Positions 1-9,895 of a stretch of DNA of 64,000 bases are shown piece after piece; within the stretch, counting starts at the first letter, position 1, and each line of letters opens with the position of its first letter. The notes below the pieces were generated by a model that worked only from the letters and a program-made list of their open reading frames with translations, was not told the origin of the DNA and did no database searches. Made by a program: the position numbers and the translations under genes. The DNA is taken from positions 2,604,001 through 2,668,000 of the forward strand of contig JAUFOQ010000002.1 in the NCBI GenBank assembly GCA_040285855.1. Reading direction: 5' to 3'. Origin of the DNA: Eukaryota sp. GEM-RC1. Taxonomy: Eukaryota.

Positions 1-8
1 TCCGCAAA

Positions 9-137
9 TGTTGTAGTTGTCGATTTGTGTAATTTCATATTAGGTTTTTATCTTCCCCCTTACATCTTTAGAGGTTCTTCTCCTTATAAAGGTTCTCCTC
101 TTTAAGTATGTACCATTTTAGTGCACAAAGACCAACA
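9..137 (+). repeat. 5' LTR
   Basis: TGTTGTAG...CCAACA; direct repeat of 6043..6171; contains TATAAA. Confidence 0.97.
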
Positions 138-1930
138 GTAATTACTGTGGGCAATCCCCAACAAACCAACTCACTTTCAGCTCCTCTCCTGAACGGAACA
201 TCCCGTCTGGAGTCTTGTAAGTTCTTGGAGGACCTCCAAGCTTACGCCGCTGCTCTCCAGGCTTCCGAAGCATTGTCCCGCCCTGCTGCCGCTGGAAGCC
301 GAAGAAGAGTTCGAGTCCGCAACCGAATCCGAAGGTGAAGACAATGAAGCCGTATCAGCCAGAGGTCCCGCCCCTCCCTCCAGAATTGTTCGCTCACCTA
401 TGCTACAGTTCTGTCCCGACCCATCCGAAGTCTCTGTCCCGCCAGAGATGAACTCCCTTATCCCTGTTATCCGACGCTTTATTAGCCCTCGACTTTTATC
501 CGCTATCCCTCTCCTCTGTCCCGAAGCTGAGGAAGACAACGAACAGCTTCTCGCGTGGATCTACTCCAACTCGCTCATTCATGATGAAGCTCTCGCCGAC
601 CGTCTACTTTCGAAGATCAGCATGAACCCCTCTATAAAAGAGTCCTCCATGCGCTTAGCAGACTACGTTCTAAGGTTTCCAAGACCTTAAGAAACAGATT
701 TCCCACTTGATTTTCAAAGAAGATCACTTCCTGTCCTCCTTTATCAAAGGCATCACTCCTTCTTCCGTCTCTTCTCGTGTCTTCTCTTCATTCAAAAACG
801 GGAGAGTTTCTTCTCTCGACGAAATCTTATCTCTCACCCGCCAACTCTTTGCAGCAATGCAACTCTCCTATTCTCTTGAAGAACCCCGTCCTCAACAACC
901 AGCTCCCAGTCGAACAACTAACCGACAACCCAGAACTCAACCTCGCTCTTCTAGACCCTCTCATTCTTCTTCTCACCTCACTTGCGCTTACTACAAGGAG
1001 ACGGGACATGTCAAAGCCGACTGTCCAGATCCCAGCTGCCGAGCGAGTTGATTTCACCGCCCCTTATCCACTCCTCAATACCCTGCCCAACAAAATCGAA
1101 GCCCTAGACCCCCTGCTCGAGAAAATCCCCCACGAAGCGTTCCAAGAGACCAGCCACGAAGTCAGCCTGTCCATCGCAGAAATCAAAGAGATCCTACCAT
1201 TAATCGCCGACCTAATACCCGTTCTTCCAACCAACGCCAAGTCAACGCAGTGGATACCACTTTACCTGCTCCAGAATTTGTGGATCACATTCCCCTTTGT
1301 CTACCTGTAGACCTTGGGATTGAATGATTCACAGAGCAACTCTGTTAATGCTATTTCTACTCACCTAACTTCAGACCCTTGTAAACTGTCCCACAAGAAT
1401 GACTTTTTAAAAATTAATCTTACTATCAATGGAGTACCTACTATGGGCACTATTGATACTGCCGCTAAGACTTCTTGCATTACCCAAGACATTGCCTCAA
1501 ATGCTAACATGGAAATTTCTGAAAAAAAATTCCAATCTTCCTAGCTAACCAGTCTAGAATTTACTCCCCCGGTCTTGCCTGTGGCTACCTTACTTTTCTT
1601 TTCGAAGGCCCAGCCAAGAAAGTTCACCTGAAGTCCACCTTGCCTATCTTACCAGGTCAAAACCAGCTCTTAATCGGTTGTGATATCCTGACCAAACTTG
1701 GTCTTATGGATGCCAACGGTGTGTATATCAAACTGGACGAAGAACACCGAAGATTTATCTCTGCTGAAACTGCTTTTGACCAGTTTATGACTGCTCCCCC
1801 CTGAAGTGTTTGCTACCAATCCTAGTTCCCCAATTAACTCATTTAAACAACAACTTGAACAGAAGAAAACCAGAATAGAACTTCCCCCGTCGAGAAAGAA
1901 GCCTTAATTAACCTCCTTGCTGAATTCAGC
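108..1930 (+). pseudogene. gag: Gag + aspartic protease region, frameshifted
   Basis: Degenerate zinc knuckle CAYYKETGHVKADC. Protease motif IDTAA (ORF 1314..1544) and LIGCDIL in a shifted frame near 1670. Frame breaks mostly at homopolymers; in-frame TGA at 1049..1051. Confidence 0.75.
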
Positions 1931-1933
1931 GAC

Positions 1934-4777
1934 GTGTTCAGTGATCTGCCACATCCAGATGGCATCGACTGTGAGCCTATGAGAATTCCCTTCGCCGATG
2001 AATCCCGAATAGTAAGCCGTCCGCCTAGGAACCTTAGCCCAGACAAGCTAGAAATTGCCAACAAAGAATTCGATGACCTCCTTAAGAAGAACTTTGCCGT
2101 ACCGAATGAAACTAAGTGGTCCTCTCCTATCTGTTTGGTGACCTACGCTGACAAAGCCCCTAGATTCACCGGTGATTTTAGTGGCAAGAATGGGATCAAC
2201 GACCTCTCACTCACTCTGGAAGCCAATTTACCAAAAATCGCTGACATTCTGCCCGTTCTGTCTAAGGCAAAATATATTGCTACTCTCGACTTACCTAAAG
2301 CCTTCTGGCAAGTCAAACTTCACCCAGATGACGTGAAAAAAGCTTCACTATCCATACCTGGACGTTCAATTTCTTTTACTCGAGCTGCTTTTGGACTGAA
2401 AAATGTCCCAGCTTTCTTTCAAAACTTGATGGTCTCATTCTTCGCCGATGAAGACATTTTTATTTACATCGATGACATAATCGTATGTTCGGAAGACATT
2501 TCAGATCTACTCGCTAAACTCAGGAAAATTCTATTGAAAGCTCGTGACAAACGAGTTAGATTTGGCCTTCGCAAATGTGATTTTATTACTTACAAGAGTA
2601 AAATCGAGATCCTAGGATGCATCTTCCAGAATTTTCAACGTTCGATTAGTCCAGATCGTATCAAAGCTATCTCACTCCCGCGACCAAAGACCTTATCAGA
2701 AGTTCGAAGTTTTGTTGGATCAATTAACTTCATTAGAGACTGGATTCCCAACCTTGCTTCCGTACTAGAACCAATTTCAAATCTGCTAAGAAAAACTAAC
2801 AAGATCATCTGGACCGCCGAAACCGAAACTTGCTTCAGAGAAATTTTGAAACTAATCTCCAGCAACATTCCTTTGAACTTGCCGGACGCCAAAGCTACTA
2901 TTCTGATTTCCACCGATGCCTCCGAAGTAGGCCTTTCCGGAATTATTTGGGAACAAACCGAAGACTGCCCGCCTGGAACCCCTCTTATTGAAAGGAAAAC
3001 CAGACCTCTCTGCTTTTACAGCAAGAAATTCACTGACAGCCAGAAGACCTGGCCCACAATTCAGAAAGAATTATATGCAATTCTCGCCACCCTAACCCTT
3101 TCTTCCTTATCTTCTTTCATTTTAACCAAACGGTTCACTCTATTTTGTGACCACAAAAACTTGTCTTACCTAATTTCAGCTCCTGAGAAGAACAGAATTG
3201 TTACCCGCTGGATCCCCATTTTAGCCAATTTTGAATTCGAATTAGTTCACACCGCCGGTGAAGACAACCACTTCGCTGACTTACTCTCACGCTGTTTCTC
3301 TGAACCTTCCGTCGTTAATTCTAGCATTCTGATGTGTTCGTCTACGGTGCCGGATGCAGTCGAGGGGAGACACATGATGGTGGAGGATAGTAGGTTATCT
3401 TCCCCACAGACTTCTCATCAACTCTCGGGACCTGTTTCAAACAGGGCTTCTGGAGCAACGTTCCAAACGTCGACACAGATGATGCGACAATTTGACAAAG
3501 ATTGTGAAGGACTCAGCCGAGAGGAACAAGTGCAGCTCTTCTGGGATAGAAAAGACGCCTTCATGGAAGCTCACGAACAACAACAGAAGTACATAGACGC
3601 CCTAGAAGCTGAAATCAAAGAATCCACTGACGAACAACTCCGCCTGCAACTGGAAAGAGATGCCGCTGTAGCCCTAGTTGAAGACGAAATAGAAGACCAG
3701 GAATTCCATGATCATTTGAGAGGAAATGGCCTCTTCATTGACGAGGATGGACATATGTGCCAACTGCCCTCCACCGACTCAGATGACGAATTCCGTTTCT
3801 ACATGACTGATATACCAGATCATATAGATCTCAGTAGCTCTGATGAGTCTCCCATCATCATCGTAGATGATGAGCATTCCCCAATGCTTGAAGACCTGCC
3901 ATCGATCGAAGCAATCGGTGCTAGCTACCGCCTTTTCCCGCATTTGATCCGTGACACCGCCGAATTCCTAAAAATCACGAACTCCGCTTCTACCTCTGCT
4001 ATAATTTCAGTCTCTTCAGAAGACGAAGATGACCTGTACGAGCAATTTCTCGGAGAATCGCCCAAGGATACACGGCTCTTCGACGACCTGGGCAATGAAC
4101 TGCCTGGCCCCTGGAACCCACCAATTAATATTAATATCAAGCCTAGAACCGACATTCCACTAGCTCCTCCGAACTTTGACCATGTAGGCATCCACGACAA
4201 CGCTGGATACTACAGCCCTTGTACTGACGCCGCTCACCCCGACGAAGGACCCTTTGATATCATGATTGCCACCCTTGATGACTCCCGAGCCATTGAACCG
4301 GAAATCGACGAGGACAACCTGTTTGCCGAACGGTTAACTATTGACCCCTTGTCCCACAACCCCCTTAGTAGCTCCGACAGTGATCTCCCTGAAGAGACCT
4401 CTTGGACACAGATCCCCGACCCCAGCCATGTGTTCAACGATTGGTTGAAACTACTATCCCAAGAACAAGAACAGGCTACTAAAGATAACGACATTACCAT
4501 GACCACCGACACAGAGATTATCTCCATGACCGCCAATAATAGAAATTTCGCGCTCACTTGGAACCATAGGAAGAAGAAGTTTGTAATTCCTGACTCCTTG
4601 AAACGACACTTGCTTCTGACTATCCACGGATCCACTAGAGCAGGGCACCCATCCAAGAAAGATTCTGTCTCTGCCCTAATGAGAAGCGATTATTGGTGGC
4701 CTAACTACCTTTACGATATGAAGTCCCATGTAAAGAATTGTATTCCATGCCAAAAGACCGCTCCTGCCCGGAACTGA
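1934..4777 (+). CDS. pol: Pol: reverse transcriptase, RNase H, acidic insert, integrase HHCC zinc finger
   Basis: LDLPKAFWQ, FGLKNVP, YIDDII (RT); TDAS, QKELYAI, CDHKNL, NHFADLLSR (RNase H); H..GH..CIPCQ. Confidence 0.93.
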   Translation: MFSDLPHPDGIDCEPMRIPFADESRIVSRPPRNLSPDKLEIANKEFDDLLKKNFAVPNETKWSSPICLVTYADKAPRFTGDFSGKNGINDLSLTLEANLPKIADILPVLSKAKYIATLDLPKAFWQVKLHPDDVKKASLSIPGRSISFTRAAFGLKNVPAFFQNLMVSFFADEDIFIYIDDIIVCSEDISDLLAKLRKILLKARDKRVRFGLRKCDFITYKSKIEILGCIFQNFQRSISPDRIKAISLPRPKTLSEVRSFVGSINFIRDWIPNLASVLEPISNLLRKTNKIIWTAETETCFREILKLISSNIPLNLPDAKATILISTDASEVGLSGIIWEQTEDCPPGTPLIERKTRPLCFYSKKFTDSQKTWPTIQKELYAILATLTLSSLSSFILTKRFTLFCDHKNLSYLISAPEKNRIVTRWIPILANFEFELVHTAGEDNHFADLLSRCFSEPSVVNSSILMCSSTVPDAVEGRHMMVEDSRLSSPQTSHQLSGPVSNRASGATFQTSTQMMRQFDKDCEGLSREEQVQLFWDRKDAFMEAHEQQQKYIDALEAEIKESTDEQLRLQLERDAAVALVEDEIEDQEFHDHLRGNGLFIDEDGHMCQLPSTDSDDEFRFYMTDIPDHIDLSSSDESPIIIVDDEHSPMLEDLPSIEAIGASYRLFPHLIRDTAEFLKITNSASTSAIISVSSEDEDDLYEQFLGESPKDTRLFDDLGNELPGPWNPPININIKPRTDIPLAPPNFDHVGIHDNAGYYSPCTDAAHPDEGPFDIMIATLDDSRAIEPEIDEDNLFAERLTIDPLSHNPLSSSDSDLPEETSWTQIPDPSHVFNDWLKLLSQEQEQATKDNDITMTTDTEIISMTANNRNFALTWNHRKKKFVIPDSLKRHLLLTIHGSTRAGHPSKKDSVSALMRSDYWWPNYLYDMKSHVKNCIPCQKTAPARN

Positions 4778-5598
4778 AGCTTCCTTCCTCTGGAAACCTA
4801 TGGTCAGACCGCCCTTTCCAATGCTTACATGCCGACGTAATTGGTCCGCTCGCCCCAGATTCAGAAGATTACAAATACATCATAGTATTTGTGTGCTCTT
4901 TCTCCAGGTTTTCCATTCTTGTTCCCCTGAAAATCCTCAATGCACAAGAAGTTGCTTACTCCATTCTCTGGAACGTAGTTGGAAACTATGGGATCCCTTC
5001 ACAAATCCTGAGTGACAATGGCCCTGAATTCGCTAATGCCGTCAACAAAAGTTTATGTTTATTTCTTAACATCGAAAAAAAGTTTTCAACTCCCTACTTC
5101 CATCAGTCAAATGGACTAGTAGAAAGAAGACACCGTGAAGTACTTCAAACCCTTCGCCGCCTGCTCATTGACCTCCAAGCCCACTCTAACTGGAGCACAT
5201 ACATACCCATCACCCAACTGAGCCTGAACACCAGAACCAGTTCAATTACTAATTTCACTCCCTTTGAGCTCATCTTTGGTTCGAAAACTGACCCTAGACA
5301 ACTCCCCCTCCAAGTAATCCAGAACTGTACTCTGGATGATCACTTACCGCAGAACTCATATGTTGATGCCTTGAAACAGAAAACTTCAACCATCTTAAAC
5401 AAGTGGAAAGAGGCAGAAAACTCCTCCAATCTCAAGAAAAGATCGCTCTCATCCAGGAACTCCGCCACAAACAAAAAACTCATAGATGACATCCAGCAAG
5501 GAGACTTCGTCTTGAAGCTCAGCGAACATCCCTCGAAGACCCATGGGAAGTGGACTGGTCCATACCTAGTCGAAGATGTCTCCTATCATCCCAAATAA
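4738..5598 (+). CDS. Integrase core (DDE) with GPY/F motif, frameshifted from pol
   Basis: HADVIGP, SDNGPEF, SNGLVERRH, WTGPY. Confidence 0.93.
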   Translation: MYSMPKDRSCPELKLPSSGNLWSDRPFQCLHADVIGPLAPDSEDYKYIIVFVCSFSRFSILVPLKILNAQEVAYSILWNVVGNYGIPSQILSDNGPEFANAVNKSLCLFLNIEKKFSTPYFHQSNGLVERRHREVLQTLRRLLIDLQAHSNWSTYIPITQLSLNTRTSSITNFTPFELIFGSKTDPRQLPLQVIQNCTLDDHLPQNSYVDALKQKTSTILNKWKEAENSSNLKKRSLSSRNSATNKKLIDDIQQGDFVLKLSEHPSKTHGKWTGPYLVEDVSYHPK

Positions 5599-6001
5599 TC
5601 TTATCACAGGTATCTCAGTAAGATGCTCCCTCTACCACGTCAAGAAGTGCCACACGAACCACTCCGAGAACGTGCTACAAGCCTATGCTGCTACTGATTC
5701 AGAAGAAGTTGTCATCGACAAGCTTATCGACCACGACTTGACCTCCCCGCAAGATCCTAAGTACCTAGTCCGCTGGCTGGATGGTACTACCACCTGGGAA
5801 GGTCGCTCAGTAGAGAATACCGCCGCCTACTATGCTTACCGCAGGAAGTACATTGATGAACCTCCTCAAGCTAGAGGTCCCGCAACTGCCCGTGCTAACT
5901 CTAAACTAGACGCTGCTTGGAAAGCCCAACACCATAAGTCCGCCCCTGTTGTAGCTCGAAATCAGCATCGTATGAAAACAAGAAATCGTATATCTCACTA
6001 G
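5576..6001 (+). CDS. Integrase C-terminal chromodomain
   Basis: VIDKLIDH...KYLVRWLDGTTTWE chromodomain pattern. Confidence 0.75.
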   Translation: MSPIIPNNLITGISVRCSLYHVKKCHTNHSENVLQAYAATDSEEVVIDKLIDHDLTSPQDPKYLVRWLDGTTTWEGRSVENTAAYYAYRRKYIDEPPQARGPATARANSKLDAAWKAQHHKSAPVVARNQHRMKTRNRISH

Positions 6002-6027
6002 TTTATTTATAATATGAATTACCCAAT

Positions 6028-6042
6028 AAGAAGAAAAGGCAG
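6028..6042 (+). other. Polypurine tract
   Basis: AAGAAGAAAAGGCAG immediately upstream of the 3' LTR. Confidence 0.85.
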
Positions 6043-6171
6043 TGTTGTAGTTGTAGATTTGTGTAATTTCATATTAGGTTTTTATCTTCCCCCTTACATC
6101 TTTAGAGGTTCTTCTCCTTATAAAGGTTCTCCTCTTTAAGTATGTATCATTTTAGTGCACAAAGACCAACA
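6043..6171 (+). repeat. 3' LTR
   Basis: 127/129 identical to the 5' LTR. Confidence 0.97.
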
Positions 6172-6820
6172 CAAAGAATTAAAATTACGAGATAATTCGA
6201 GAGTTAGTTCAGGCGGTAAACCACGTAAAAAGTGATTAACTTTACCACCAAAACAAACTTGAAGCATAGCAAAAGAAACTTGTTTGCCTACATCTAGATC
6301 AACGATTTGGTTAAGCTGCTGAAAGATACAATTATTCTTATGTGATAAAGTCTCCTTAATTTTGTCATCATTACCAATATAATTGCCCAAAAACTTGACA
6401 CATTCATCTGAATAATTGACAAATGGAATGGAAGATTCCCCAAAAATCAAATCAACTGAAGAACGTCCAATAACAAGACATTTCTGAAAATTAATTGACA
6501 AACCAATACTTGAAGACAATTCAACAAAACGAGGAAAACTCGATTTAATGACTTCCAAAGGGCCAACCAAAGAGGTATCATCAGCATACGAGTTTAATTT
6601 TAAACCTGGGAATTCGCTTGAGAATTTGCGAAGAATTCTTTGCAACGGCAAACAGAAAAGAAAAGGACCCAAAGGATCACCTTGTTTCACACCACGAGTG
6701 GATGAAATTGTATGTTCGTGAAAAATTAAAGAAGATGAATGATCATACATAATTTCAAAATAGGACAGTAATTCAGGAAACTGATCTAACAGTTCCAAGT
6801 GAATCTGTGAAATAAATACA
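6172..6820 (-). mobile_element. CRE-like non-LTR retrotransposon RT fragment interrupted by the gypsy element
   Basis: GVKQGDPLGPFLFCL, YADD, KFLG. Joining across the TSD restores FNSLR, as in the paralog at 16436. Confidence 0.88.
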
Positions 6821-7282
6821 CCAATCCACCGATTATTGTTCAAATTAGTTCAAATCTGAATAACAGAGTTGAAATCCTACAAGCAATGAATCTACTAATA
6901 ACTTTAAAGCAAATTTATTAATTAAGAACCACAGCTTTGTGACACAAATGCTATATACTGTATAATGTTTAAATTAGACAACTCATAAATACAATTTAAT
7001 TGAGATCACTCACATAACTTTGCAATACTACGAGTTTACCGACAGAAACAACTTCTTGGTTTCGTACTGTTTAACTACACCAATTGGCGCGGAGTTGTTT
7101 TCAAGATAATGTTGATTTAATACTTAGATGAATTATTGAAAAGGAAAAATTAGCAGATGATAAACCTAGATCAAACCACTTACAGTATGTCCAGTACTGT
7201 TATTGTAGAGGTAGTTCAACATTACAGACACAATTTTATATTGTACAACTTGATTTTGGTGTTGCCAAAATCAGAAAAGTCA

Positions 7283-7849
7283 TCAAATATCTACTTGTTG
7301 CCTTAATTCTGGTAACAGAGAAGGAAAGTTGTGTAAAAACTTAAACTGAGAAGCAGTTTGAATAGCTCGCTTACCACGATTGGATCTAACAATCTCTATG
7401 GCTCTATCAGGAGCAATAGAGCCATCTGATAGCAACATAATGAGACAAGCCACCACAGTTCCTGTTCGACCCAGTCCTCCTTGACAATGGATTAGAACTG
7501 ATTTGTCATTATGAAACAATGATACAAGAGATTGAAGAATTGTAAATGTCTGAGCTATAGACGGTGGAAATCCATCAACAATTTCATAGAGCTGACTGGA
7601 TATAGTGAGAGATGAGTATGCATCCTGTAGCAGTTCAACACGATAACGCCGCAGTTCAGATCGTTCAAGGAGGATAAGAACGTCTGTACATCCTGCTTTG
7701 TGGATTTCATCAAGGTCTTGATCAAGATTTCTAGAGTAACCAGTTCTCTGACATCCAGGAAGTTCCGATAGTATTAACCTCCAAGAGGCAAATCTGTCTG
7801 AAATAAAGGACAGATCGAAAGATGTTTGGTGAAGAGTGGGAGAGTTCAT
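7283..7849 (-). CDS. CDKN3: CDKN3/KAP-like dual-specificity protein phosphatase
   Basis: LPGC...RNLDQDLDEI, HCQGGLGRTG active site, AIQT. Confidence 0.8.
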   Translation of the reverse strand: MNSPTLHQTSFDLSFISDRFASWRLILSELPGCQRTGYSRNLDQDLDEIHKAGCTDVLILLERSELRRYRVELLQDAYSSLTISSQLYEIVDGFPPSIAQTFTILQSLVSLFHNDKSVLIHCQGGLGRTGTVVACLIMLLSDGSIAPDRAIEIVRSNRGKRAIQTASQFKFLHNFPSLLPELRQQVDI

Positions 7850-7888
7850 GATAGAGTTCTATTACAGCATTGTTAAATACTATCATCA

Positions 7889-7976
7889 CGGTCCCAATAC
7901 AAGCAAGGTTCCAATACAAGCGTAGTAGAGGGTGTGCTTGTATTGTTTCCGTTAATAAACTCAAAGTTTCCTTTAA
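7889..7976. mobile_element. Degenerate copy of the TTAA-flanked MITE at 9491
   Basis: Shares AATACAAGCAAGGT and the ACAAGC...GCTTGTA hairpin with 9491..9589; ends CCTTTAA. Confidence 0.5.
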
Positions 7977-8273
7977 ACAACGATGGATTTCGATCTAAAA
8001 CCTCAGTGGGATATTTTGCAGAAAATTTATAGATTTCGCTTTCAATTACTATGATCCACTCTGTGTATGTTAAATGTGTAATTATAAGCGTTGCTCTGTA
8101 TCAAATAACTTGCTGCACTAATTAACAAACAGAACCAAAAATAGACCGACACTATTGAAATACATCTTTTTTACTTGTTGTTGTTGTTTTCATCTTTTAT
8201 TAAATCAGATACATCTATATGTCGTATTATTGTCGTGTTGAACCGGTGTCGAAAAAGCTGCTTTTGCATACAC

Positions 8274-8913
8274 CAGGGATGTTAAAAAATATATTTAAAT
8301 AAATAAATTATTGTGTGGGCTTGCAATAAATATATTGATATTGTCGGGCATCACCAAGATGGGGAAGTAATAGATGAAGATTAGATTATACTACGATAGC
8401 AATTTTTCACTGCTTGATCATAAACCCGTTTTTTCTACATTATACCAGTACTAAAGTAGCAGCAGATAATATTGTCAATAAATACATTGATTTATTGTCA
8501 AATCTTGACAAGGATTGTGGAGGAGAATTCTTCGAACAGTCTCTTCATTCCAAAGTTGGGAGTTGTAGAGTAAAAGTAACTGTTTCTCAAGGCTTGAAGG
8601 GTGTAAACGTGATCGAAGAGCGCCAGTAGTAAGCATTGTACGACTGAACAAACTTTCGAACAACTAAAATCTTTAGTCATTTTGATTCATAACATTATGA
8701 TCAACTGTTTGTATCATATCTTACAAAATTGAGACAACGTTGAACGAGTTGTTTGAAGAAAGTTCGATATTTGCAAATGAATACACGACAATTTAGCATG
8801 ACAATATATTGTCATAATATTGAAATATATTGGTGATCCAACTATCGACAATAAATAAATAAATAATATTTATTGCAATAAATAAATAAAAAATATATTT
8901 TTTAACATCCCTG
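8274..8913. mobile_element. Non-autonomous hAT transposon (640 bp)
   Basis: 23-bp perfect TIR CAGGGATGTTAAAAAATATATTT. 8-bp TSD GCATACAC (8266..8273, 8914..8921). hAT dimerisation remnant ESLFS...RSRLHPSSLE in ORF 8475..8663 (-). Confidence 0.93.
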
Positions 8914-9490
8914 GCATACACCACAATTCAAGCACATTCAAAATGTTAGCTCTTCGATGTCGTCGTTTACAGCAGGAGTCTGTTATCCATAGTTAATAAA
9001 CTAGCATTCAATAATCCAAAGGTACAATTACAAATATTTATTTTACAGTCTCTATGCTGTCGATTGTGTAGTTATAGAGTGCTAACGTTAGTGATACGTA
9101 GAACACAATGCTAGCATTTACTGGAAATTCTGACGGACAAGTAGAGAATGTAGAAATTGTTATCGTTGTATGAAATACACGTATTGGAACAATGAAGTTT
9201 CGCAATTGCCGCAACAATTCTAAAAGTTCAATATAATAGACACTGGTCTTAGGGAAGTGACACCTTCTTGAAGTAGCTGTGGCAGATATTAATATATTTA
9301 AAGCCACACTTGTCTGATCAACAAATTGATACAGTAGCATATGCATGTTTTAGTGTTACAATGGATTAGTACTAAACTATCACGATTGACATAAATACCT
9401 AAAAGATAACTGATTGAAATTATACATCTTCAAATTCAATGTTGGGGTACTTATCCAGAATATTCTTCGATTATAGAAAGAGGGATTTAA

Positions 9491-9589
9491 AGGACCCTAA
9501 TACAAGCAAGGTCACAAGCATAGTAAAGGGTATGCTTGTATAGTTTTTAAGGTTGCTTGAATTGGAACCTTGTTGTGTATTACGGACCT
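9491..9589. mobile_element. ~99-bp MITE with AGG...CCT ends flanked by TTAA (Kolobok-like)
   Basis: Imperfect TIR AGGACCCTAATACA vs rc AGGTCCGTAATACA; TTAA on both sides; internal hairpin. Confidence 0.6.
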
Positions 9590-9895
9590 TTAAAACTCTC
9601 TTCTTTATATTCAAAAATTAATCATGTCATGATCACTAACATTGGAATGGATACTTAAAAAGGTCAATAATTGAAATTCTGTGCCATTGACCATGTTGAA
9701 GACAAGAAAGTTCTCCGATGTGAAATCGAAAAGAGCTTTTTTACTTGATAAGGAATAAAGAATGAGGTTCAGATTTGAGAGTTCGAGTTTTGAGTACTTT
9801 GTAGTTGCTGATGAAGGTGATTGTGATAGTGATGTGTAAATTATGTTTTTTTGACACATTAACTCGAACTGTCATTAAACCTTCCAATTTCATCA

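Larger units (their letters stand above)
9..6171 (+). mobile_element. Full-length Ty3/gypsy (chromovirus-like) LTR retrotransposon
   Basis: 129-bp LTRs at 9..137 and 6043..6171 (TG...CA, 2 mismatches). 4-bp TSD CAAA at 5..8 and 6172..6175. Domain order is gag-PR-RT-RH-IN-chromo. A PPT precedes the 3' LTR. Confidence 0.97.

Noticed and set aside
7044..7102. Imperfect inverted repeat AAACAACTTC...GGAGTTGTTT
   Set aside because: A short stem in AT-rich DNA with a single copy and no other support.
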